From Candidatus Elulimicrobium sp. (GTDB lineage: Bacteria; Patescibacteriota; Minisyncoccia; Phycocordibacterales; UBA918), in contig DYNY01000004.1 of assembly GCA_020720815.1 (NCBI GenBank), positions 1,783-65,782 on the forward strand: DNA of 64,000 bases, given 5' to 3'. Shown here piece by piece: positions 56,105 through 64,000 of this stretch (positions are counted from its first letter, which is position 1; the number at the start of each line of letters is the position of its first letter). The notes beneath the pieces were generated by a model. It was not told the origin of the DNA, made no database searches, and saw only the letters and a program-made list of their open reading frames with translations. Made by a program: the position numbers and the translations under genes.

Positions 56105-57649
56105 ATGGAAGTAAATGACATAATTGTCCAACTCAACAGTCCAACTGAGACTGACAAAGCGCTTGTTAAAGAGGCCTATGATTTTGCTGCGAAGGCTCAT
56201 GCTAACCACACTCGTTACTCTGGAGAACCCTATCTTAATCACCTAACCGCTGTTGGTAAAAAATTAGCCGAGATGGGTATGGGAGCCCGTACCATCGCAG
56301 CCGGACTACTTCACGATACTATTGAAGACACCGAAGCAACCCCTGAAGATATAAAGGAAAAATTTGGTGAAGAAATTTTGTTTTTAGTTGAGGGTGTAAC
56401 AAAGTTAAGTTCTGTCCGGTATTACGGAAGCGATCGGCATAATGAGAGTTTGCGTAAACTCTTCGTTGCGACTAGCCAAGACATACGAGTCTTAATCATC
56501 AAACTAGCCGATCGTCTACACAACATGCAGACACTACAATTTGTACCCGCCGAAAAACAACTACGCATCGCACGCGAAACTTTAGAAGTATATGTACCAG
56601 TGGCCCACCGCCTGGGGATGGGTAAAATTCGCAAGGAACTGGAAGATCTAGCCTTTCCTTACGTCTACCCCAAAGAATATAATCACGTATTTAAACTACT
56701 ACAAAGTCGGGCCGGTAAATCAAACGAACTATTGGAAAGAGAACGCAAAGTTCTTCAAAAGAGATTAGCTGAAATTGGCCTACTTGACTTTAATACATCT
56801 TACCGAGTCAAAGGATTGTACAGTCTTTACCATAAATTAAAACGCAAGGAATGGGATATAAATGCTGTCTACGACCTCTTGGCGATGCGTGTAATAGTAC
56901 CAACAGTTGAGGACTGTTACCGAGCTCTAGGCATCATCCACAAACTCTGGCGACCTCTGCCTGGTCGAGTAAAAGACTATATTGCCTTCCCAAAACCTAA
57001 TGGCTATCAATCACTCCATACCACCGTCGCCACCCCAAACGGAGTAATTTTAGAGATTCAAATCCGCACCAGAAAAATGCACCATGAATCTGAGTTTGGT
57101 ATTGCTTCCCATATCACTTACAAAGAGCCAATAGTATCCGGTGAAGAAGTTGACAGGCCGTCACGTTTTGCCAGTCTGATACCAGCTTTATTTAAACCAT
57201 TTACTAGGAGAAATAACAGCAGTAATGATTTAAAGAAAGTAACCAAGAGCCCACATCGAGATAAAATACCTCGCTGGATATCACAAATTGCCAATGTACA
57301 TAATGAAGAAAAAACTTCCACGGCAGAATTTGTTGAAGACATGCAGAAAGATTTTTTCAGTAACCGAATCTTTGTTTTTACTCCGGTTGGTGATGTGGTG
57401 GATTTACCGGTTGGTGCCACTCCTATAGATTTTGCCTACGCCATTCATTCTGAAGTTGGCGATCACACTTCTGGTGCAATGGTAAACCGTAAGCTAGTAC
57501 AACTAGACACCGAACTATGTAATGGCGACATCGTAGAAATCGAAACTCGAAAATCTTCTCACCCTACCAAAAAATGGTTACCCATCGCAAAAACATCTCT
57601 CGCTCGTCGGAAAATAAGGTCTTCGGTAGAAAAAGAAACTCACCCTTAG
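56105..57649 (+). CDS. rel: Bifunctional (p)ppGpp synthetase/hydrolase, short Rel/SpoT homolog (HD, synthetase, TGS)
   Basis: HD motif LLHDTIEDT, synthetase-domain motifs (LAMRVIVPT, GYQSLHTTV), TGS (IFVFTPVGDVVDLPVGATPIDFAY). Confidence 0.9.
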   Translation: MEVNDIIVQLNSPTETDKALVKEAYDFAAKAHANHTRYSGEPYLNHLTAVGKKLAEMGMGARTIAAGLLHDTIEDTEATPEDIKEKFGEEILFLVEGVTKLSSVRYYGSDRHNESLRKLFVATSQDIRVLIIKLADRLHNMQTLQFVPAEKQLRIARETLEVYVPVAHRLGMGKIRKELEDLAFPYVYPKEYNHVFKLLQSRAGKSNELLERERKVLQKRLAEIGLLDFNTSYRVKGLYSLYHKLKRKEWDINAVYDLLAMRVIVPTVEDCYRALGIIHKLWRPLPGRVKDYIAFPKPNGYQSLHTTVATPNGVILEIQIRTRKMHHESEFGIASHITYKEPIVSGEEVDRPSRFASLIPALFKPFTRRNNSSNDLKKVTKSPHRDKIPRWISQIANVHNEEKTSTAEFVEDMQKDFFSNRIFVFTPVGDVVDLPVGATPIDFAYAIHSEVGDHTSGAMVNRKLVQLDTELCNGDIVEIETRKSSHPTKKWLPIAKTSLARRKIRSSVEKETHP

Positions 57650-58998
57650 ACAGAAAAGTGTCGGATGGTATAGATGTCACTATCATCTTCATCATTAGTA
57701 GAAGTAGCAGGAGTTGATTGCTCTATTTCTTCTGCAGACTCGATAGCTACTAACTCCGACACTAATTCATTGTTTTCTAAACTACTTCGATCTAATTCTT
57801 CCGGTAGAGTAATTGACTCCCCCACTCCTTCACTTAAAATAGCTGGCTCTACCGCTGAGGCAACTTCCTCACTAATATCCACCACCAGTTGTGGTTCTGT
57901 CACCAAATAATTCGGGTTAATTTCTGACAGGTTCTCTGGTCTAGTTTCTTCAAAATATGGTGAAACTTGATTGACTGTCTCGGGAGCAAGCAAAGCTTCA
58001 TCGGTAGCACTCATGATAGTGTCATATTTCTCTTCCTCGGTGTGACTATCTTCTTCATTTGTAACAACTTCATCAGTTGTGAGTGTTTCATTGGGCAGAG
58101 AACTATATTGTAGTGGGGTATTAGTAACCAAAGCTTCTAGCTGAACATTTTGCTCTATTTTTGATGTAGGTGTCTCAGTTTCCATTCTCAGGAGCATTGA
58201 CTCAAGATCTTCCACGGTGAAATAATCTATAGTAAGCCGACCACCATAATCAGTTTTTTGAATTTGCACTCTGGTTCCAAGTGTCTCCATAAACTTCTTC
58301 TCCATCTCGATTAAATCAGCGCCGATATCATAAGGATTAGTTTTCCTTACTTTTTCGGTAGCAATTTTGCGCACAATTCTCTCCACTTCACGCACCGATA
58401 TTTTCTTTAACAAAATCTCCCGAAAGACCACATCTTGTTCTTCTGGTCTATCATTTAGCATCAAAAGTGTCCTGGCATGCCCTTCGGATATTTCTGCCAG
58501 TCGCAGAGATTTAAGCATATAATCAGGTAGACCTAGTAGACGGATAGAGTTAGAAACATATTCACGACTACGTCCGACTTTTTTAGCGACTTGACTATGG
58601 GATAACCCAAACACATCAGACAACTGTCGAAAGGCTAAGGCTCGATCGACTGAATTTAAATCTTCCCGCTGTAGGTTTTCAATAATCGCCAACTCAAGCT
58701 TCTCTTGTTCGCTGTCTTCACCCTCACGAATGATAACCGGAACCTGACTAAGACCAGCTAGCTTACTGGCTCGCAAGCGTCTTTCACCCGCAATCAACTC
58801 ATACTCAGTATAGAAAGTTCCATCCTCACGCTGTATCTCATTGCGTGTGACAGTAAGTGGTTGCAAGATGCCATACATCCTGACTGAGTCGGCTAGTTCA
58901 CGCAATTTTTGTTCATCAAACTCACGCCGTGGTTGAAACGGATTAGGTACTATTTTTTCTACCTCCACCCAGTAAATTGAATCTCCTTGAAAAGCCAT
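57646..58998 (-). CDS. parB: ParB/Spo0J partition protein with a long acidic C-terminal tail
   Basis: ParB box VPNPFQPRREF and GERRLRA, plus an HTH. Start chosen at ATG 58998 because the tracked ORF N-terminus runs through tRNA-Leu. The C-terminal ~170 aa are D/E/T-rich. Confidence 0.8.
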   Translation of the reverse strand: MAFQGDSIYWVEVEKIVPNPFQPRREFDEQKLRELADSVRMYGILQPLTVTRNEIQREDGTFYTEYELIAGERRLRASKLAGLSQVPVIIREGEDSEQEKLELAIIENLQREDLNSVDRALAFRQLSDVFGLSHSQVAKKVGRSREYVSNSIRLLGLPDYMLKSLRLAEISEGHARTLLMLNDRPEEQDVVFREILLKKISVREVERIVRKIATEKVRKTNPYDIGADLIEMEKKFMETLGTRVQIQKTDYGGRLTIDYFTVEDLESMLLRMETETPTSKIEQNVQLEALVTNTPLQYSSLPNETLTTDEVVTNEEDSHTEEEKYDTIMSATDEALLAPETVNQVSPYFEETRPENLSEINPNYLVTEPQLVVDISEEVASAVEPAILSEGVGESITLPEELDRSSLENNELVSELVAIESAEEIEQSTPATSTNDEDDSDIYTIRHFSV

Positions 58999-59116
58999 AA
59001 AATAAATATGAATTACCCAAAAACAGGTCTTTAACCTGTTCAATCTTAATATTCTAACACAACTCAAAACTTGCCTGTTTATAACTTGGTGGTTTTCTGC
59101 TAGACTGATGCACATT

Positions 59117-59201
59117 GCCTCGGTGGCGGAATTGGTATACGCGCACGACTCAAAATCGTGTATCGCAAGGTGTGAGGGTTCGACCCCCTCCCGAGGCACC
59201 A
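59117..59201 (+). tRNA. tRNA-Leu (anticodon CAA), type II, CCA encoded
   Basis: GCCTCGG..CACGA-CTCAAAA-TCGTG..long variable arm..GAGGG-TTCGACC-CCCTC-CCGAGGC-A-CCA. Confidence 0.85.
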
Positions 59202-59294
59202 TTACATAAGAACTCAGCTTTTAGCTGGGTTTTTGTGTAATGGTCTATGTTATATAAATTTCAGAGTTTTCTCAGCATTTGCTAGAATGGCCAC

Positions 59295-61187
59295 ATGTTT
59301 GTTATTGAGATAATTCCCCTTATCCGCGGGACAAAAATTAATACCCTCTCCTACTACAGCAGTACTGATTATGCGGTAGGCACTTTTCTTGATATCATGA
59401 TACGAAATAAACGCCAAAGAGCTGTCGTGACAGCAACCTTTGCCGTTTCTGAATCAAAAACCGAACTAAAGAACGCTGCCTTTACCTTACAAAAACTTTT
59501 ACCCCAAAGTCAGATTTCATCAGTCCCGGAACATATACACGAGACAGCAAAAAAACTGACCAGGATATACCCTTGCGGTGTGGGTGCTATTCTTTTCCAG
59601 CTACTACCGCCAGAAGTACGCGATGGGCGATACCAGTACCCAAAAATATCGACATTGATTCAAAATGAAGAGTCTATACCTAAAATCTTAACTGCTCCAA
59701 AAAGTGACCGTTTTGTCGTTTACCGTAGTCATATTCGCAGTGTCCTAGCCAGACGTGGTTCAGTAATGTTTATTGCCCCAACCAGCGCTGATGTAGCCAT
59801 GGCAGTCAAACAATTATCCCAAGGGATTGAAGATAGAATTGTTACTTTTTCTCCCAACCAAACACCTAAAGAGAGGATGAGAGCCTTCGTTGCTTTTGAA
59901 GATACTAGTTTGGCTAAAATAATTATCACTACACCTAGTCACGCCTATCTAGATAGAGTAGATCTTCTTTCTGTCATCATAGAAAACGAGGCTAGTGACT
60001 TTTATCGTAGCCGTGTCCGTCCTTATTTAGATCACCGTACCGCTCTAATTATCCATGCCAAAACTACTGGCCGTAGTATTTTACTTGGCGATGTCCTGCC
60101 TAGACCAGAAACGGAACACAAAAGACGAGCCGAGTACTATAGTACCGAAGGCGAGGAAACCAAGCGAATCGCTTTTTCCTCACCACTAACAATTGTCGAA
60201 CAAAAAGATAAACCCACCCCCGAAAATCCTTTCACTTTATTTTCCAAGGAATTGAAACAAAGAATTACGGCTATCTTAAGTAGTCGCGGTAGAGTTTTTC
60301 TCTATGGCGCTAGACGCGGTATTTCTCCAGTAGTAACTTGTATTGATTGTGGACATATTTTTCGTTGCCCAGACTCAGGCACACCTTATTCTTTGATTCG
60401 CACTATAAAGGGCGGTAAAGAGGAGCGGTGGTTTGTTTCTGGTACTTCCGGCAAACGTTTACGGGCCGTTGATACCTGCCCTGATTGTGGTTCCTGGCGA
60501 CTACGTGAACGAGGGATTGGAATTCAATCAGTTTATGATGACTGCCTAAAATGTTTCCCTAAACAAAAAGTCCTACTCTTTGATCATCTTACCGCCAGCA
60601 CTAACAAACGAGCTACGGATATAATTTCTGACTTTTACGCTGACCGTAGCACTATTCTCATTGGCACGGGAATAGCTTTACCCTACCTAGCCCACCAAGG
60701 AGTAGACCTTAGCGCTGTAATATCACTTGATGCTACCAGGGCGAACCCTACCTGGCGAGCCGATGAAAACGTACTCCGACTACTTCTGCAACTGCGAGAA
60801 TTTTCCCACAAAGAAGTGTTAGTCCAAACTAGGACTTCGACCGATAGTCTGCTTGAATGCGCTAGTACTGGCTTGATAGAAAGTTTTTATACGGAAGAAT
60901 TATCACTCCGAGAAACCTTAAAATACCCTCCTTTTGCTACTTTTATTTTACTTAGCTGGCAAGGTGACATTGCCACCGTAGGAAAAATCGAGGTGGAAAT
61001 AAAAAAACGTATCGGTGAGTTTGTTGCTAGTTTCTATAATAATCCCATGTCTAATGACAAAAAAACTCTACGTCATGCCCTATTTAGAATACCCCCCAAA
61101 GACACTACTTACACGACCTTAATAGAAATAATTAGGACTTTCCCGCCGTACATAAAAATAGAAGTCGACCCAAACCGAATTGTATAA
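59295..61187 (+). CDS. priA: Primosomal protein N' (PriA)-like protein with degenerate ATPase motifs
   Basis: N-terminal 3'-DNA-binding-like region, TTPS motif III, Cys4 zinc-binding region (CIDCG..CPDSG..CPDCG..). No GxGKT Walker A was found. DEEH is replaced by ENEA. Confidence 0.7.
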   Translation: MFVIEIIPLIRGTKINTLSYYSSTDYAVGTFLDIMIRNKRQRAVVTATFAVSESKTELKNAAFTLQKLLPQSQISSVPEHIHETAKKLTRIYPCGVGAILFQLLPPEVRDGRYQYPKISTLIQNEESIPKILTAPKSDRFVVYRSHIRSVLARRGSVMFIAPTSADVAMAVKQLSQGIEDRIVTFSPNQTPKERMRAFVAFEDTSLAKIIITTPSHAYLDRVDLLSVIIENEASDFYRSRVRPYLDHRTALIIHAKTTGRSILLGDVLPRPETEHKRRAEYYSTEGEETKRIAFSSPLTIVEQKDKPTPENPFTLFSKELKQRITAILSSRGRVFLYGARRGISPVVTCIDCGHIFRCPDSGTPYSLIRTIKGGKEERWFVSGTSGKRLRAVDTCPDCGSWRLRERGIGIQSVYDDCLKCFPKQKVLLFDHLTASTNKRATDIISDFYADRSTILIGTGIALPYLAHQGVDLSAVISLDATRANPTWRADENVLRLLLQLREFSHKEVLVQTRTSTDSLLECASTGLIESFYTEELSLRETLKYPPFATFILLSWQGDIATVGKIEVEIKKRIGEFVASFYNNPMSNDKKTLRHALFRIPPKDTTYTTLIEIIRTFPPYIKIEVDPNRIV

Positions 61188-61231
61188 TTAGTTCATTTGT
61201 GTTAATTTTCACTTAATAATCAAACCCTCAT

Positions 61232-61765
61232 ATGCCAAAATTAGTACCAGAAAACCACCCCGTCCTACATACCATGGCCGATGAAATTACTTCGGAAGAA
61301 TTAAAGGACGGCACGGCTAAGAAAATTATTAAAGATTTACGCGAGGCGATTAAGACCTACAAAGTCGATGGTTTTACAGCCGTAGCTATTGCCGCTCCAC
61401 AAATTGGTGTCAGTAAGAGAATTTTTATTATTGAAGACCAAAGTAACGATGAAGATAGATTGCCAACTATTATCGCTATCAACCCCCACTTTACCAAAGT
61501 TTCAAAAAAAACCCGAGTAGCCGGTGAAGGTTGTTTGTCTATACCTGACCGCTACGGACTAGTCCGTCGTTCAACTAATGTGACCATAGAAGCCACCGAT
61601 GAAAACGGCAAACATTATACTCGTGGTGCTGGCGGTCTATTGGCTCAAATTATGCAACATGAGCTCGACCACCTTGATGGCATACTGTTTACTGATCGTG
61701 CTGAGAAGATTTGGACCAAAGACGAACTAGCTGAACAAAAAGATAACCACCCTTCACTCGCATGA
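61232..61765 (+). CDS. def: Peptide deformylase
   Basis: GEGCLSIPD and HELDHLDG motifs. Confidence 0.92.
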   Translation: MPKLVPENHPVLHTMADEITSEELKDGTAKKIIKDLREAIKTYKVDGFTAVAIAAPQIGVSKRIFIIEDQSNDEDRLPTIIAINPHFTKVSKKTRVAGEGCLSIPDRYGLVRRSTNVTIEATDENGKHYTRGAGGLLAQIMQHELDHLDGILFTDRAEKIWTKDELAEQKDNHPSLA

Positions 61766-62619
61766 AGTTTGCCTTCTTCGGGACTCCAGACCTAGCTGTT
61801 AATGCGCTGTTGGAATTAGAAACTTTTGGTTTAGTACCGAGCCTAGTAGTCACAACACCCGATGCACCCGTCGGGCGTAAGCAAATCGTCACTACCCCGC
61901 CAACTAAAGTTTGGGCTACGAAGCGAAGCATCCCCGTCTTTCAGCCTAATAGCCTCAAAAATCAAGACGACCTGACTCCACTCACTAATGAGAAATGGGA
62001 TTTTTTTGTAGTGTTTGCCTACGGCAAGATAATGCCGGAGTGGCTTCTAAATATTCCTAAATACGGCACTTTAAATGCTCATCCGTCTCTACTACCCAAG
62101 TTACGTGGTGCCAGTCCAATTCGTAGCACTCTCCTTCACGACTTAACTGCTTGTGGCGTTACGATTATTCAAATGGATTCAGAGATGGATCATGGGGCCA
62201 TCCTCTATCAGCAACCAGTCACCCTAGCTGAACCAATCCCTGGCGAAGAGCTAGATAAGACATTGAGTCTTATCTGTGGTAACCTACTCGCCCACGTCAT
62301 GCAAGAATTACCTAAGGGCAATATAACGGTGGTCCCTCAAGACCATACCCAAGCGACCTACTGTTCCAAAATTACTAAGGAAATGAGCGAACTTAAACTT
62401 GACCCGAAGAATCTCCCGATTGGAATCGAAGCCCGAGAAGCAATGCAAAAAATTATGGCTTTTTCTGGCTGGCCCGAAACATTTTTCATCCACGAAGGTA
62501 AACGCATCAAAATAAAATCCACTCATATTGATAAAGACACAAACCAACTCCATCTAGACCGCATCGTCCCCGAAGGAAAAAACGAAATGGATTTTTCTAC
62601 CTACTTTGGGAAATTATAG
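61762..62619 (+). CDS. fmt: Methionyl-tRNA formyltransferase
   Basis: FFGTPDLAV N-terminus and SLLPKLRGASPI motif. Overlaps def by 4 nt. Confidence 0.9.
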   Translation: MKFAFFGTPDLAVNALLELETFGLVPSLVVTTPDAPVGRKQIVTTPPTKVWATKRSIPVFQPNSLKNQDDLTPLTNEKWDFFVVFAYGKIMPEWLLNIPKYGTLNAHPSLLPKLRGASPIRSTLLHDLTACGVTIIQMDSEMDHGAILYQQPVTLAEPIPGEELDKTLSLICGNLLAHVMQELPKGNITVVPQDHTQATYCSKITKEMSELKLDPKNLPIGIEAREAMQKIMAFSGWPETFFIHEGKRIKIKSTHIDKDTNQLHLDRIVPEGKNEMDFSTYFGKL

Positions 62620-62640
62620 GTCAACAAAAAATAAATTAAT

Positions 62641-62692
62641 CAAACACCGCCATTCTAAGGTGGCGGTGTTTGTGTTATTTTTCTATTACCTA
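62641..62692 (+). terminator. Rho-independent terminator (aaacaccgccat/atggcggtgttt plus a T-run), bidirectional
   Basis: 12-bp stem followed by tgtgttattttt. Confidence 0.8.
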
Positions 62693-62701
62693 CTCTAGTC
62701 C

Positions 62702-63631
62702 CTAGTTAAAGTTTAAATCTACTGTTGGAGCAACAATCGGAGTATAAACTCCTTCCGGAAAACTAATGTTTCCATCCGGTGCTAATAGCAATACGGCCGG
62801 ATCTGCTGGTGGATTAAAGCCAGGTATGGCATTCCAACTAAGATCATACATTCCAGTTGGTAGATTGTTATAGGTTTGAGCGACACCAGAATCACCCAAC
62901 ACAACAGGACCACTAAGTGTCCAAGAAGCGGCTGGATTATTTGAAGTGATGTTAATTGTACCAAAGGTTGGATTTACCCAGGAAATTTCTAGAAAACCTT
63001 CCCCTCCCTCCCCCGGTTCATATGAATATCCTCTTCCGTCATAGTAAACACCTCCTCCACCTCCTCCACCTCCTCCATATGAGCCCATTGTTCCTGCATA
63101 ACAGTCGTACTCATAATATGCATTAGGACCTATACAATAGCCAACATCACCAGGAACTTGTAACCCAGGACTAAACCCTCCGATTCCACCTCCACCAGAA
63201 AAAGTACCCATCGGATCCGGACTACCATTTTCTCCAGCAATTCCAACAGGAATACCCCCTAGACCACCATTTGGAATGGTACCATCTTGTCCAGGCGCTA
63301 ATGATACAAATGTGCCCATTATTGTATTGTTCGCATAACCCCCAATAGTAATTGGAATAACCGAACCAGGAACTACTATAAAAGATTGATTTTTTATAAA
63401 AGCGCCAGAACCACCGCCACCTCCTCCGTTATATTGACCTCCAACATGACCATAACCACCAGGGCCAGATCCAGTAACAAATATTTGTGTCACCCCATAT
63501 GGTACCGTGAAGGAATAACTACCAGATGTAGGAAATTCTTGATAACCAGCTAAAGCAAATGGAGCCAGTACCAATAGCGCTAGAGCCGGGGTAAGATTAA
63601 ATAAAAATTGAGGTAGTTTTTTTTCTTTCAT
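62702..63631 (-). CDS. Secreted Gly-rich low-complexity protein
   Basis: Signal peptide, poly-G stretches (GGGGGGSG, GGGGGGGGVYY), 309 aa. Confidence 0.4.
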   Translation of the reverse strand: MKEKKLPQFLFNLTPALALLVLAPFALAGYQEFPTSGSYSFTVPYGVTQIFVTGSGPGGYGHVGGQYNGGGGGGSGAFIKNQSFIVVPGSVIPITIGGYANNTIMGTFVSLAPGQDGTIPNGGLGGIPVGIAGENGSPDPMGTFSGGGGIGGFSPGLQVPGDVGYCIGPNAYYEYDCYAGTMGSYGGGGGGGGGVYYDGRGYSYEPGEGGEGFLEISWVNPTFGTINITSNNPAASWTLSGPVVLGDSGVAQTYNNLPTGMYDLSWNAIPGFNPPADPAVLLLAPDGNISFPEGVYTPIVAPTVDLNFN

Positions 63632-63639
63632 ATATAAAT

Positions 63640-64000
63640 TTAATTCTTAAGTAGACTAATACTAACTCTAGATGTATCATCAGTTTTTTCAATCACCAAA
63701 TTAATTTCTTCACCCCGTCGCATTGCGTATATTGCACTTAATGATTTAGTTTGATTCTTGTTTAGAATAATCCACAGTTTATCGTTTAGAAATTTTTCAT
63801 ATGTTTCGTAGTTTTCAGTCAATGTCTTAGTGGAATCAAAGCTTGCTGTAAGCTGAGTTAAGTCTCCATAGTTAATACTATACCCATTGGTTATCTTGGC
63901 ATTAGTCTCCAAGAGTAATTCTTCCGGAAAACCCTCTGGCAGAGCTTCACCGGCACTGATTTTTTCTGGGCCAGTCTCAATAACTGAAGTCACTAGCTCT
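63640..64000 (-). CDS. Hypothetical protein, probably 5'-truncated by the window end
   Basis: ORF continues to the edge of the window. Confidence 0.3.
   Translation of the reverse strand, partial: ELVTSVIETGPEKISAGEALPEGFPEELLLETNAKITNGYSINYGDLTQLTASFDSTKTLTENYETYEKFLNDKLWIILNKNQTKSLSAIYAMRRGEEINLVIEKTDDTSRVSISLLKN

Noticed and set aside
58999-59202. N-terminal 68 aa of the tracked 518-aa ParB ORF
   Set aside because: It reads through tRNA-Leu(CAA) on the opposite strand. The ParB start was moved to the ATG at 58998.
62990-63110. Short tandem ggaggtgg repeats (possible CRISPR or microsatellite)
   Set aside because: They encode poly-Gly in the 62702-63631 coding sequence. There is no spacer-repeat periodicity and no cas genes. 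No CRISPR array was seen anywhere in the window.
1-64000. Possible alternative genetic code (UGA recoding, as in some Patescibacteria)
   Set aside because: Conserved proteins (GroEL, TopA, SerRS, Rel, RNase J) translate full-length with standard stops and end at sensible TGA/TAA/TAG positions. The only in-frame stop seen, a TAG at 38349, is better explained as a nonsense mutation or sequencing error.

Overview
This 64-kb window looks like a low-GC (about 35-40%), gene-dense bacterial chromosome with short intergenic regions, in the style of a reduced-genome Patescibacteria/CPR-type organism (inference from composition and gene content). The housekeeping backbone is easy to recognise: groES-groEL, secG, RNase J, htpX, lemA, dnaX, serS, a tRNA-dihydrouridine synthase, ftsQ-like, dprA, topA, a bifunctional Rel/SpoT, parB, priA-like and def-fmt, plus three tRNAs (Ser-GGA, Gln-CUG, Leu-CAA). 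Compositionally foreign or decayed segments interrupt this backbone, and these are the most interesting parts. First, a large serine recombinase (positions 3023-4675) is flanked by 116-bp perfect inverted repeats, and the right repeat starts exactly at the 3' end of tRNA-Ser. Upstream of it sits an HTH / histidine-phosphatase / APH-like-kinase operon bracketed by two copies of a structured ~120-nt repeat that shows compensatory base changes. Second, a copper and disulfide-handling island of about 4.2 kb (a multicopper oxidase, two DsbA-like proteins and CxxC membrane proteins) is bounded by 45-55-bp direct repeats that carry a tRNA-Gln T-arm motif. It lies downstream of tRNA-Gln, alongside pseudogenes (a frameshifted LD-carboxypeptidase, an NYN gene with an in-frame TAG, a truncated ZIP transporter) and an orphan fragment of about 60% GC. 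Third, a GNAT acyltransferase islet of about 55% GC with its own terminator sits between serS and dprA. No CRISPR arrays and no rRNA genes were seen. All calls come from reading the sequence and ORF translations by eye; no searches were run.
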